NCBI GenBank assembly: GCA_020633295.1
Contig: JACKDW010000006.1
Location: 206,181-270,180 of the forward strand
Reading direction: 5' to 3'
DNA from: Myxococcales bacterium
GTDB lineage: Bacteria > Myxococcota_A > Polyangia > Nannocystales > Nannocystaceae
DNA: 64,000 bases
Part shown: positions 1-11,101 of the stretch, piece after piece
Layout: each line of letters starts with the position of its first letter
Position numbering within the stretch: the first letter of the stretch is position 1
Notes under the pieces: generated by a model
The model's database searches: none
What the model saw: the letters and a program-made list of their open reading frames with translations, nothing else
What the model was told of the DNA's origin: nothing
Made by a program: the position numbers and the translations under genes

Positions 1-2
1 AC

Positions 3-155
3 GCGCAGGTCCCGGGCGACGCCGCGCCCGACCCGTCGTACCGTGTGCCCAGGGACACTGCGCTGCGCGAGCTGACTGAGGCAGGCTTCGTGCTGGAGCG
101 AGAGGAGACCTTCCTCGAGCACCAGTACTTCCTGATCCTCCGAGTCGGCCCGTGA
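3..155 (+). CDS. 3' end of an upstream CDS (partial; C-terminus ...LRELTEAGFVLEREETFLEHQYFLILRVGP). Function unknown, possibly a methyltransferase-like C-terminus. Its stop overlaps the GTG start of the next gene (GTGA).
   Basis: Open frame running in from the window edge to TGA at 153-155, co-directional with the cyclase gene and overlapping it by 4 nt. Confidence 0.3.
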   Translation, partial: AQVPGDAAPDPSYRVPRDTALRELTEAGFVLEREETFLEHQYFLILRVGP

Positions 156-2230
156 ACCCATCGCCCGTCGCGCCCTCCCCCACCTCCGATCACCCCGCCG
201 CGCCTGGCACCTCACCGAGGCGCCGCGCCCCTCGCGAGCAGCTCGACCGCGCGGAGGTGACCGTCCGCTACGCCCGCGCCGTCGCCCGGCTGGCCGCGCT
301 GCAGCGGCCCTCCGGGGCCGTCGCCGGCGAGGTCGGGTGGAACATCATGCTCGTGGCCCAGTACGTGATCCTGTGTCGCGTCGTCGGTCACGCGATCCCG
401 ACCGATCGCGCCGCGCGAATCGAGCGCGCGATCGAGCGCGCGGCTCGCCCTGACGGCGGCTGGGGCATGCACCCGCAGAGCCAGAGCTATCTGTTCCACA
501 CGCTCCTCGCCTACGTCGCGCTGCGCCTGCTGGGCCGCGCCCCCGACGACCCGCGCGTGGTCGCGGCGCGGCGCTGGATCCTCGGTCACGGCGGGGTCAC
601 CCGCGTGCCCACCTGGGGGCGCGTGTGGCTCGCGCTGCTCGGGCTGTACCCGTGGGACCACGTCCAGCCGATCGCGCCCGAGCTGTGGCTTCAGCCGGCG
701 GCCTCCCCCGCGCACCCCCGGCGCTTCTACTGCCACCTGCGCCTGATCTACCTCGGGCTGTCCTACGTCTACGGGTCGCGCCTGACCGCGGATCCGTGCG
801 CGCGGCTCGACGCGATCAAGCGCGAGCTGTACCCGGGCGGCTACGACGCGGCCCCGTTCGCCGCCCACCGGCACGAGGTCGCGTCGACCGACCTGTACGA
901 ACCAACAGGTGTGACCCTGCGCGCGCTGCTCGACGGCGTTCGCCGCGTCGAGGGGCGGGTCCCCGCCGCGCTGCGCCGTCGCGCGCTCGCGCGGGCCATG
1001 GACCACATCCGCTTCGAGTTCGAGAGCACGGACTACGTGTGCCTGAGCCCGGTCAACGGCATGCTGTTCTGCCTCGCGCTGTTCGCCGAGGATCCCTACC
1101 ACCCCGACCTCCCCCGCGCGCTCGCGGGGATCGAGTACTGGGTGTGGGAGGATGACGACGCGGGCATGCGCATCGCCGGCGCCCGCAGCGACATCTGGGA
1201 CACGAGCTTCGCGGTGCAGGCGCTGTGCGAGGGCCCGCGCGTCGACCACACCGCCCAGCTCGTCACGCGCATGTGCGACTGGCTCGCGCGCGCCCAGCTG
1301 CGCGCGGACATCCCGGGCGGCGCCGAGCACTACCGCGCCCCCGCGCGCGGCGGCTGGGGCTTCGCCGACGAGCGCCACCCGTGGCCGGTCAGCGACTGCA
1401 CCGCCGAGGCGATCGAGGCGCTGCTCGCCGCGGATCGCCTGCGACTCGGTCCCGACATCGCGCCGGATCTCGCGGCGGCCGTCGGCTTCATCCTCGCGCG
1501 CCAGAACGACGACGGCGGCTTCGGCTCCTACGAGGCGCGACGCGGCAGCCCGCTGCTGCGCCGCTTCAACCCGGCCGAGATCTACGGCAGCTGCATGATC
1601 GAGGAGAGCTACACCGAGTGCACCGCGAGCTGCGTGCGCGGCCTCGTCGCCGCGCGCGCGGAGCTCGGGCCGAGCGCGCCGCGGCGACTCCGTCGGGCGA
1701 TCGACCGCGCCGTTCGCCGCGGCGCGCGGCGTCTGCTCGCGGCCCAGGAGCGCTCGGGCGCCTGGGCTGGCTTTTGGGGCATCCACTACACCTACGGGAC
1801 GTTCTTCGCGGTCTCCGCGCTGCGCGCGGCCGGGCTGCCCGCGACCCACGCCGCGCTGCTGCGCGCGCGCGACTGGCTGCTCGAGCACCAGCGCGTCGAC
1901 GGCGGCTGGGGCGAGAGCCACGAGGGGCTGCTCCACGGGCGCCCCGCGCCGCTCCCCCCCGGGGATCCGAGCCTGGTTGTTCAGACAGCCTGGGCCGCGC
2001 TCACGCTGCTCGAGCTCCGCGCCGGCGCCAACGCCCGCGTCGACCAGGCGATCGAGCGCGCGATCGGGCTGCTCGCCGCGCGACAGCGCGCCGACGGGAG
2101 CTGGCCGCGCGAGCCCGCGACCGGCGTGTTCTTCAACACCGCGGTGCTCGACTACGATCTCTACCGCCAGGTGTTCCCGACCTGGGCGCTCGCGCGCTTC
2201 AGCGCGCGCGTCACTCGCTCGCCGGGTTGA
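152..2230 (+). CDS. Oxidosqualene cyclase (lanosterol/cycloartenol synthase family triterpene cyclase)
   Basis: 692 aa. Multiple QW-type repeats (GWG...). The catalytic-aspartate motif VSDCTAEA is the oxidosqualene cyclase (OSC) signature DCTAE, rather than the DxDDTA of squalene-hopene cyclases. Start is GTG at 152. Confidence 0.85.
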   Translation: MNPSPVAPSPTSDHPAAPGTSPRRRAPREQLDRAEVTVRYARAVARLAALQRPSGAVAGEVGWNIMLVAQYVILCRVVGHAIPTDRAARIERAIERAARPDGGWGMHPQSQSYLFHTLLAYVALRLLGRAPDDPRVVAARRWILGHGGVTRVPTWGRVWLALLGLYPWDHVQPIAPELWLQPAASPAHPRRFYCHLRLIYLGLSYVYGSRLTADPCARLDAIKRELYPGGYDAAPFAAHRHEVASTDLYEPTGVTLRALLDGVRRVEGRVPAALRRRALARAMDHIRFEFESTDYVCLSPVNGMLFCLALFAEDPYHPDLPRALAGIEYWVWEDDDAGMRIAGARSDIWDTSFAVQALCEGPRVDHTAQLVTRMCDWLARAQLRADIPGGAEHYRAPARGGWGFADERHPWPVSDCTAEAIEALLAADRLRLGPDIAPDLAAAVGFILARQNDDGGFGSYEARRGSPLLRRFNPAEIYGSCMIEESYTECTASCVRGLVAARAELGPSAPRRLRRAIDRAVRRGARRLLAAQERSGAWAGFWGIHYTYGTFFAVSALRAAGLPATHAALLRARDWLLEHQRVDGGWGESHEGLLHGRPAPLPPGDPSLVVQTAWAALTLLELRAGANARVDQAIERAIGLLAARQRADGSWPREPATGVFFNTAVLDYDLYRQVFPTWALARFSARVTRSPG

Positions 2231-3509
2231 CCTCGATCGTCGGCTCGACGCGCTCGACGCTGACGCGGATCACGTGGCGGTCGTCGGCCGCGAGGACCTT
2301 GAAGCGGATGTTCTCCCACACGAACACGGAGCCCGCGATCGGGATCTGACCGGCGAGGCGCGTCAAGAGATCGCCGATGCTGTCGACGCCCTCGAGCTCC
2401 TCGAACTCCTCGATCTTCAGGCGCTCCTCGACCCGCGTCAGGCTGTCCTGACCGTGGAAGTAGTAGACGCCGTCCTGCTGCTCCGGGCCCGAGCGCAGCG
2501 GCGCGCGGTCGGACTCGTCGAAGATCTGGCCGACGATCTGCTCGAGCACGTCCTCGAGCGTGATCACGCCGACCGTGTCGCCGGCGTCGTCGACGACGAT
2601 CCCGAGGTGCACGCGCTGCTCCTTGAAGCGGCGCAGCACGTCGTGGAGGCGCTGGGACTCGCTCACGAACACCGGCGGCCGCAGGATCCGCTCGATGGTC
2701 TCCTGGTCCGCCAGGCCGACGAGCTGCTTGATGTGCAGGATCCCGCGGATGCTGTCGACGTTGCCCTGGTAGACCGGCAGCCGGCTGTGGCCCGAGCGGA
2801 TCGCGACCTCGCGCACCTGCCGGGCGTCCCACTCGAGGTCGACGGCCGTCACGTTGTCGACCGGGACCATGATGTCGCGGACGATCTTGTCCTCGAAGCT
2901 GACGATGCGGCGCAGCAGCGCGGCCTGGTCGGCGTTGATCGAGCCCTGGCTGCGCCCGACCTTCACGAGGTAGCCGATCTCGTCCGACGTGACCGGGCTC
3001 GAGAGGCTGAGGTTGCCGCCGCCCGTGAAGCGCTTGAGCACGAAGTTCGTGATCCGCGTCAGCAGCCACAGCGCCGGCGACATCACGCGGCTGAGCGCGC
3101 TCAGGACCCCGAGCGCGGGCAGCGAGAGCTGCTCGCTGTAGGCGCGGCCGATCGCCTTGGGCGTGATCTCGCCGAAGATCAGCAGCAGGATGGTCGTCAG
3201 CACCACCGCGCCGCCGACCGCGTACTCGCCGTAGGGCCCCCCGTTGAGGTGGCGGATCGCCAGCGCGGTGACCAGCGCGCCCATGAGCGTGTTCGTGATG
3301 TTGTTGCCGACGAGGATCGTCGACAGCACGCGCACGGGGTGGTTGACCCAGAACTCCATCAGGCGACCGCGTCGCCCGCCCTCCTCGACCACGCGCCGGG
3401 CTCGATGGACGTCGAGGCTGGTGATCGCGGTCTCCGAGCCCGAGAAGAACATGCTCCCGATCACGCACAGCGCGACCACGAGCACCTGGAAGGCGTCGGT
3501 GTCATCCAT
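2211..3509 (-). CDS. CNNM/CorC/HlyC-family transporter-associated protein (DUF21 transmembrane domain + CBS pair + CorC_HlyC C-terminal domain)
   Basis: 432 aa. N-terminal hydrophobic DUF21-like region (VVALCVIGSMFFSGSETAITSL), CBS-like middle region, conserved CorC C-terminal segment. 3' end overlaps the convergent cyclase gene by 20 nt. Confidence 0.8.
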   Translation of the reverse strand: MDDTDAFQVLVVALCVIGSMFFSGSETAITSLDVHRARRVVEEGGRRGRLMEFWVNHPVRVLSTILVGNNITNTLMGALVTALAIRHLNGGPYGEYAVGGAVVLTTILLLIFGEITPKAIGRAYSEQLSLPALGVLSALSRVMSPALWLLTRITNFVLKRFTGGGNLSLSSPVTSDEIGYLVKVGRSQGSINADQAALLRRIVSFEDKIVRDIMVPVDNVTAVDLEWDARQVREVAIRSGHSRLPVYQGNVDSIRGILHIKQLVGLADQETIERILRPPVFVSESQRLHDVLRRFKEQRVHLGIVVDDAGDTVGVITLEDVLEQIVGQIFDESDRAPLRSGPEQQDGVYYFHGQDSLTRVEERLKIEEFEELEGVDSIGDLLTRLAGQIPIAGSVFVWENIRFKVLAADDRHVIRVSVERVEPTIEVNPASE

Positions 3510-4149
3510 GGCGACGAGCTCCCGGCGCGCGCGCGCGCCTCTGCGCGACGCGCCAGCGCGCGACAGGTTCGGGAACGTCGTCGTCAGCGTGTTCGGGGGC
3601 GTTCATGACTGCGAGAGCGTGCGCGCGAGCGACGAGGACCGCAGCGCGATGGAGCGGCTGGCCGCCCCACCCCGTCGGTGTACGGCGCACACACCCGATC
3701 GAGTGTGCCGCGCGCCCATACCATCGTCGTCATGCCCAGTCCTTCCGCGATATCGCGCTCGTCCGCTCACCTTCGATGTCGCCCCTCGAATTGGTCTGCA
3801 CCCGTCGTCGCCCGGCCTTCGCCGGCCTCGCTCGGGCCGCGATGGTCCTCGGCAGGATCCTCGGGATAGCGTCGGTTGTCCGGGGTGCGCTGGCAAGTCC
3901 GAACCTCGAGCGGGTTTCGAACGCTGTTCGTGGGCGGATTTGAGCGAAAATTGCACCGCGCGCGAACACCACGACACGCGTGTCAGGGTGGGATTTGCGA
4001 ACATCGCGCAGCTCGGACATTTGCGTCATAGCATGGACCCAAACTGCAGCCAGCGCCGCCTTCACTGAAACAATTTCAACGAGTTAGTGTGATGGATCAA
4101 TCCATGCTTCTAGTTCGGGCGTCGGCGGGACCCGCCGTACACTTCCTCA

Positions 4150-4320
4150 TCAAACCGTAGCTTGGCTTACCACTCGCTTGACTTGACCTGACCTGACTTG
4201 AACTGCACCTGGCTTACGTGACTTCCGGCCTACCTTAACTCACTTCGCTTAACGCATTGCTTAGCCTGGCCTGGTTTCACGTCTCTTGAGCTTATCTTGC
4301 GCTTGACTTGACTTATCGAA
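4150..4320. repeat. AT-richer intergenic island with tandem YTGAC pentamer arrays (cTTGAC TTGAC cTGAC cTGAC TTGAAC at ~4178-4204; cTTGAC TTGAC TTatcg at ~4296-4314) and recurring GCTTA words
   Basis: Read directly. GC content drops sharply relative to flanks. No ORF with plausible composition. Confidence 0.6.
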
Positions 4321-4450
4321 GACGACGAGCGCGTTCGCGCTTTCGCATGGTCGGTGCTGCTATCGAACATCTAAACTGGGGGGGGACCCAGGATGGCCTG
4401 GTCAGCTGTCCTGGGTTTCCGTTTTGGTTGGCGCTGGGTCCTCGCGCCAG

Positions 4451-5404
4451 CTAGCGCTCGTGCAGGTGGTCGTCGGGCTCGGGCACCCGATCCGCGAGCC
4501 GCCAGACCTGCTCGGCCGGCACCCGGTCCTCGATCCCCTCCTCGAGCTCGAGGCGCCCGGGGTCGTCGACGGGCAACGGCAGACGCGCGGCGTCGAGCAC
4601 GAGGTGGGCCCGCAGGGCGCACTGGGGCCCCAGCGGCATCGCGTGCAGCGCCGGCGCCCAGCCGTCCCTGCCAACTACAGCTGGCTCGAGGTGCAGGCGC
4701 CCGTCGCAGCGCGGGCACGGGATCTTGTGGTCCTGCTCGCCGCGCCACAGCGTGATCAGCGGCGGGTCGCCGCGGCCGTGCACGCGGCGGGCCTCGGACC
4801 ACCAGCGCGCGTCGAAGCGGTACACGCCGGGCAGCGCGTCCGCCGGGAGGATCCGCGCGCAGCCCTCGGTCCCGAGCAGCCAGCGCGCCGCCAGGTAGTA
4901 GGCCGGCGCCTGCCGGCCCTCGTGCTCACGTGTCTCAACGAACAGCAACGGGTGCTCGAAGTGGGGATCGAGCGACCACGAGCGCGCCAGCTCCTCGCGC
5001 GCGGCCCCGGCGAGCCGCCAGAACCGGTGCCCGACGACGACCCGCGTCAACCGATCGACGAACACGAACAGGACGTTCGAGAGCTTGCGCCACGGGTCGA
5101 TGGAGAGATCGCAGACCTTGAGCTTGTCGCACACGAGCCGCCCGGAGCGCCGCCGCCACACCGACACGAGCTTCAGCTCGATGCGGTCCTCCCAGTCGAG
5201 CACCGCGTCGCCGTCGTGGGGCTCGAGCCCGAGGTGCCACTGCAGCGCGTTGCCGTGGCGCCCCCGCGAGCGACGGCGCGTCACCAAGCGGGCCGCCGGG
5301 CCGAGCGGCAGCCCGAGCGCGGCCTCGGCGAGCGCCTCGAGGTACGCGCAGCGCCGCGCGGGCGCGTCGCGCCCAGGCGGCGGGTGACGTATCGGCATGC
5401 GCAC
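4451..5404 (-). CDS. Hypothetical protein (317 aa). Possible PD-(D/E)xK-like motif (HDGDAVLDWEDRIELKLV) and Cys-pair CPRCDGRL.
   Basis: Long ORF with protein-like composition (K, I, F, W present, unlike the Arg/Ala-rich artefact frames). Sits immediately downstream of the small lipoprotein gene. Confidence 0.45.
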   Translation of the reverse strand: MRMPIRHPPPGRDAPARRCAYLEALAEAALGLPLGPAARLVTRRRSRGRHGNALQWHLGLEPHDGDAVLDWEDRIELKLVSVWRRRSGRLVCDKLKVCDLSIDPWRKLSNVLFVFVDRLTRVVVGHRFWRLAGAAREELARSWSLDPHFEHPLLFVETREHEGRQAPAYYLAARWLLGTEGCARILPADALPGVYRFDARWWSEARRVHGRGDPPLITLWRGEQDHKIPCPRCDGRLHLEPAVVGRDGWAPALHAMPLGPQCALRAHLVLDAARLPLPVDDPGRLELEEGIEDRVPAEQVWRLADRVPEPDDHLHER

Positions 5405-5461
5405 CGGGTTCCTCCCATCCGTGGGGGCAGCGAGCGACCGCAGCGCGATCGCCCCGGCGGC

Positions 5462-5635
5462 CTACTCCTCCGCGTCCGCGTCCGGCTTCGCCTCGTCGTC
5501 CGCCTTCTTGGCGTCCTTGACGTTCTTGGTGTCCTTCTTGGCCGCGGGCTTCTCCTCTTTCTTCTTTCCGGGCTGCTCCGCGCAACCGAAGCTCACCAGC
5601 GAGAACCCGAGCAACAAAAACGCCATCTTCTTCAT
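5462..5635 (-). CDS. Small Lys/Glu-rich lipoprotein (signal peptide MKKMAFLLLGFSLVSFGC lipobox, then KKKEEKPAAKKDTK...)
   Basis: Start placed at the internal MKKM of ORF 5462..5710 and may be off by 1-3 nt. Classic lipobox. Confidence 0.45.
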   Translation of the reverse strand: MKKMAFLLLGFSLVSFGCAEQPGKKKEEKPAAKKDTKNVKDAKKADDEAKPDADAEE

Positions 5636-5706
5636 CGTCGACACCCTCCTCGCCCGCGCGCGGGCCGAGATAATGTACCCGACGGTATCGAGTTTTCGCG
5701 CCGCCG

Positions 5707-6180
5707 TCATGCCGTGCCCGCGACGGCTTTGAGGATGGTCTCGCGGATCTGGTTCGCGGTCGCGTAGTCCGGGCAGTAGCTCAGCGCCGGGTCTCGGCTT
5801 GACAACGCACGAAACCGCCGCTCTTCGCTCGCGAAGTCATACGAGAGGATCACCGGCCCGCGGAAGCCCGCGTCGCGCAGCGCTCGCAGGATGAACATGC
5901 CCTGGTTGTCCTGCTGAAAGCTGCGCGCGCGCGCGACGTCCCCGTTGAAGCGCGCCGTCAGGGACACGAGGTCGCCGAGCAGCGCCTCGACCGGGGTGCG
6001 ATCGAAGCGCATGTCGAGGTACACGACGTCGGGCCGCTGGCTCCGCGCGAGCGCGCAGGCCTGCTCGCCGCTGCGCGCCTGGGTGTAGCGCATCCCCTCC
6101 GCGACGAAGGTCGACAGGTTCGTCAGGTACTCGTCGCCGTCCTCGACCACGAGCACGTGCACGGGTCGTCCGCTGCTCAT
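5707..6180 (-). CDS. Single-domain response regulator (receiver domain)
   Basis: VHVLVVEDGDEY...VVYLDMRF receiver motifs. Start ATG at 6178-6180 overlaps the TGA stop of the upstream kinase gene (ATGA). Confidence 0.75.
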   Translation of the reverse strand: MSSGRPVHVLVVEDGDEYLTNLSTFVAEGMRYTQARSGEQACALARSQRPDVVYLDMRFDRTPVEALLGDLVSLTARFNGDVARARSFQQDNQGMFILRALRDAGFRGPVILSYDFASEERRFRALSSRDPALSYCPDYATANQIRETILKAVAGTA

Positions 6181-9100
6181 GCCTCCTCCTCCTCGACCGT
6201 GAAGAACCTCAGCACGACCGCCTTCTGCCACCCCTGCTCGGGCTCGACCGCGATCGAGCCATCATAGCGCGACAGCAGGTCCGCGGTGATGCCCATGCCG
6301 CGCTCGACATAGCGCCCGCGCAGCATCTCGTTGCTGAGCTTCTCGGTCGACTGGTCCTTGATGCGGATCGCCAGCGTCGTCAGCCCCGTGATCTCGTCCA
6401 TCTCGTTGATCAGCTCCACGCCGAGGCGGATCGGCTTGGGCGCGTACAGGACGCTCGAGTGCAGCGAGTTGCGGATCACGTTCGTCAGGATGTCGTCGAG
6501 GTCCGTGCGGAACACCCGGATCGCCGCGCCCTCGCCCGTCACCTCGGGCGCCGCGACCTCGACGCCCGCGAACTGGGACTCGGTGACGACGAGCGCGTGC
6601 ACCTCCTGCAGCGTCTCACGATCGACGCGCACGATGCAGAGCGATCGGATCAGGCTGCTGAGGCGCTCGAACGCGTCGCGCCCGAGGATCTGCCCGCAGC
6701 GCAGCAGGCGCTTGGACCAGTCGAGCTTCCGCGACGCGCTCGCGTTGTGCTGCAGCTCGCTGAGGCCGCGCAGCGACTCGAACGCGCGGATCATCTCGCG
6801 GAAGATCGGGTCCTTGCGGTGGAGGTTGAGCGTGACGCCGTGGCTGCGCGCGACTTTCTCGAGCTCGTCGACGTAGCCGAGGAAGCGCCCGTAGATGCCC
6901 TGATCCCGGGTTGAGCGCTCGCGCTCGGCGCTCGCGCGCCCGCGCCCGCGTCGACGCCGAGATGGCTCTCCGAACAGGCGCCGCGCGACGATCGACGCGC
7001 GGTTCTCCGCGCCCGGCTCGTCGACCTCGAGCGCGTGCCCGACATCGCTCAAGAACGCGGTGTTGTGCTTGAGGATCTCGTGGCGGATCAGGCTCAGGAT
7101 CCGCGCGATCTCGGGGAAGCTCGTCGGCGCGCGCTCGAGCAGCTGGCTCAGCGACGCGCCGCGGAAGCGCCGGTAGATCCGCAGCGCCGGCAGCGAGATC
7201 AGCAGGAGCCCGAGCGCGCTCGCGAGGATGTAGATCTGCAGGAACCAGGCGTCGAGGTCGTCGCGCAGCTCGAGCGCGACGTCCCAGTGAAGGTCGAAGT
7301 CGCTCGCCTCCTGGAAGTACAGGTCGAGCTGCTCCGACGCGCCGACCAGGCGGTACTTCTCGAGCAGCAGCTGCGCGACCAGGAAGCGCCCGATCGTCGA
7401 GCCGAGCTCGGCCGCGCGCTGGAGGTGTGGGAGCGCCTCGTCGGGCAGCTCCTTGCGCAGCAGCAGCCCCAGGCGCTCGTGGACCTCGCGCTGGTCCTCC
7501 TTGAGCTGCAGCGAGCGCTCCCAGAACGAGCGCGCGTCGCCGGGGCGGTTGTCCGCGGACGCGACCTTCGCCAGCTCGTTGAGGACCACGACCTCGCCGG
7601 GGAACTTCTTCAGGGCGCGCCGCAGGATCTTGTCGGCCTGCGACCAGTCGCCGTCGTCGCCGACGCGCAGGTAGGCCTCGTTGATCATCCGCTGCAGCTC
7701 GGGCTCGAGGCGGCGGAGGTCGCTCGGCGGCGCGAGCGGGATCGCGGGCTCCTCCTCGCGCAGGCGGAAGTCGAGGTTGCGCAGCGCCTCGGCGGCGCGC
7801 GCGTAGTCGGGGTGATCCGACGACACCTCCTCGAGGAAGCGACGGTAGTGCACGCGCGCGCGCTCGCGGTTCGTCCGCGCGTACAGCTCGCCCAGGAACA
7901 GGCGCAGCTGATGCAGATCCGGGCGCAGCTCGAGCGCCTTCTCGAGGTGCTCGATCGCGGCGCGGTCCTCGGTCGGCGAGAGGCGCTTGGCGTAGATCAG
8001 CCCGAGGCGCATGTGCGCCTCGTAGTCGAAGCGATCGAGCCGTATCGCCATCCGCAGCTCGTGCACCGCGTCGGCGAAGCGCTCCTGGCGGGCGTAGACG
8101 AGCCCCTGCACGTAGCGCGCGCGCTGAAACCACGGCGAGTCCTTGATCGTGCGCTGCAGCTCGGACTCGGCGGTCACCAGATCGTTGCGCTTGATCGCCT
8201 CGACCGCGCGATCGAAGCTCGCCTGCGCCTCCGGCGTCGGGCGCCCGCCCTGCTCCTTCTCGATCGTCGCGAGCTCGAGCTCGAGCTGAAGATCCTCGAC
8301 GGCCTTGCGCGCGCGCTGCGAGAGCGGGTGCCCCGGGTACGCGCTGATCAGCTGCGTGTAGACGCTGATCGCCTTGGCCGTCTCGCCGCGATCCTGATAA
8401 CTCCCCGCGAGCCGGCTGAGCGCCTCCGCCTGGGGCGTCCTGCCGTCGCGCGTACACTCCTCGCGGTAGCGCTCGATGTCGCCGATCGCCTCGTCGCGCA
8501 GCGCCTGGGCCTCGCGCGTCGAGCCCAGCGACTCCGCGCGCTCGAGCCGGAGCTTGGCCAGCGTGAAGCGGATGTCGTCGGGGCGCCCCGGCGTCTCGGG
8601 GTCCTCCTCGGCCATCTCGACCGCGAGGTTGAGGCGCTCGTCCTGGTAGCGCTCCCCGCACTCAGCCATCCACGCGAACACGTTCGCGCGCTCCTCGAGC
8701 CACAGCCCGCGCGGATCGTAGGTCCGCAGCATCTTGAGATCCGCGATCGCGCGCCGCGGGCAGCTGCGCCGCTTCGGCTTGGTGTAGTGCAGGTGCGCGC
8801 GCCCGCGCAGCGCCCCCGGATCCCCGCGCTGGAGCTTGAGCGCCGACGAGTACTCGCGGATCGCCTCGTCGACGCGCCCCTCGCGTTCGAAGCGCTGCGC
8901 GCGGCTGAGGTGAATGTCGAACTCGAGCGCGCGCATCTCCGCCGGGTCGCCGTCGGGCACGTCGAGCCCGTCGGTGTCGCCGTCCTCGTCGTCGGTGTCG
9001 GGGCCGGGCGGCCGCGGCAGCCCTGGGTCGCCCGCGCCGGCGCGGCGATCGAGCACGCCGGGGAGCGGGTCCTCGGCCGGGGCCCGGCGCGCCCACGCAG

Positions 9101-9185
9101 TACCTGACCCAAGAGCCAGAAAACACGCGAGCGCGAGCGTCCGCCGGCGGCGCCGCGAGAGGGGCTCGATCGTGCTCGTCTCCAC
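6177..9185 (-). CDS. Sensor histidine kinase with signal peptide, large extracytoplasmic TPR-repeat domain, one TM helix and C-terminal HisKA/HATPase-like region
   Basis: 1002 aa. N-terminal signal (LALACFLALGSGTAWA), many TPR-like repeats, TM (LQIYILASALGLLLISLPAL), H-box-like IRHEILKHN, N-box-like ILTNVIRNSLHSS, G-box-like ERGMGITADLLSRYDGSIAV. GTG start at 9183-9185. Confidence 0.7.
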   Translation of the reverse strand: METSTIEPLSRRRRRTLALACFLALGSGTAWARRAPAEDPLPGVLDRRAGAGDPGLPRPPGPDTDDEDGDTDGLDVPDGDPAEMRALEFDIHLSRAQRFEREGRVDEAIREYSSALKLQRGDPGALRGRAHLHYTKPKRRSCPRRAIADLKMLRTYDPRGLWLEERANVFAWMAECGERYQDERLNLAVEMAEEDPETPGRPDDIRFTLAKLRLERAESLGSTREAQALRDEAIGDIERYREECTRDGRTPQAEALSRLAGSYQDRGETAKAISVYTQLISAYPGHPLSQRARKAVEDLQLELELATIEKEQGGRPTPEAQASFDRAVEAIKRNDLVTAESELQRTIKDSPWFQRARYVQGLVYARQERFADAVHELRMAIRLDRFDYEAHMRLGLIYAKRLSPTEDRAAIEHLEKALELRPDLHQLRLFLGELYARTNRERARVHYRRFLEEVSSDHPDYARAAEALRNLDFRLREEEPAIPLAPPSDLRRLEPELQRMINEAYLRVGDDGDWSQADKILRRALKKFPGEVVVLNELAKVASADNRPGDARSFWERSLQLKEDQREVHERLGLLLRKELPDEALPHLQRAAELGSTIGRFLVAQLLLEKYRLVGASEQLDLYFQEASDFDLHWDVALELRDDLDAWFLQIYILASALGLLLISLPALRIYRRFRGASLSQLLERAPTSFPEIARILSLIRHEILKHNTAFLSDVGHALEVDEPGAENRASIVARRLFGEPSRRRRGRGRASAERERSTRDQGIYGRFLGYVDELEKVARSHGVTLNLHRKDPIFREMIRAFESLRGLSELQHNASASRKLDWSKRLLRCGQILGRDAFERLSSLIRSLCIVRVDRETLQEVHALVVTESQFAGVEVAAPEVTGEGAAIRVFRTDLDDILTNVIRNSLHSSVLYAPKPIRLGVELINEMDEITGLTTLAIRIKDQSTEKLSNEMLRGRYVERGMGITADLLSRYDGSIAVEPEQGWQKAVVLRFFTVEEEEA

Positions 9186-9188
9186 GCG

Positions 9189-10907
<1,719 letters not shown>

Positions 10908-11101
10908 CGCGCTCGTCGTTCATATCCCCTCGCAGCCGGCGGTGAAAGTCGCGCCTGCGCTGCGCGTCTTGATCGGGTCCCGTCGACACGACCGACGCCC
11001 GATTTGTTTCGGCGCCGGCGCAGCTCCGTGTCGGGGGCCCACGCACAGCGGCCGACACGCCGTCTCGCCCAAAAACGGCGTCCAGGCGCTATTGGCGCCC
11101 G

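Noticed and set aside
212-1936. 574-aa ORF antisense to the oxidosqualene cyclase gene
   Set aside because: Arg/Ala/Gly/Pro-dominated composition with no motifs, typical high-GC antisense artefact. The opposite strand has a strongly supported gene.
3603-4068. Short ORFs (3603..4004 -, 3605..3943 +, 3730..4065 -) inside the 940-bp gene-free tract
   Set aside because: All are Arg/Ser/Gly-rich with no start context or motifs. Kept as non-coding, though a small real gene cannot be excluded without expression data.
7035-9107. 690-aa ORF antisense to the TPR sensor kinase (and 6616..8661, 681 aa, in another frame)
   Set aside because: Extreme Arg/Ala/Glu/Leu composition with no domains. The sense-strand gene has clear TPR and kinase motifs.
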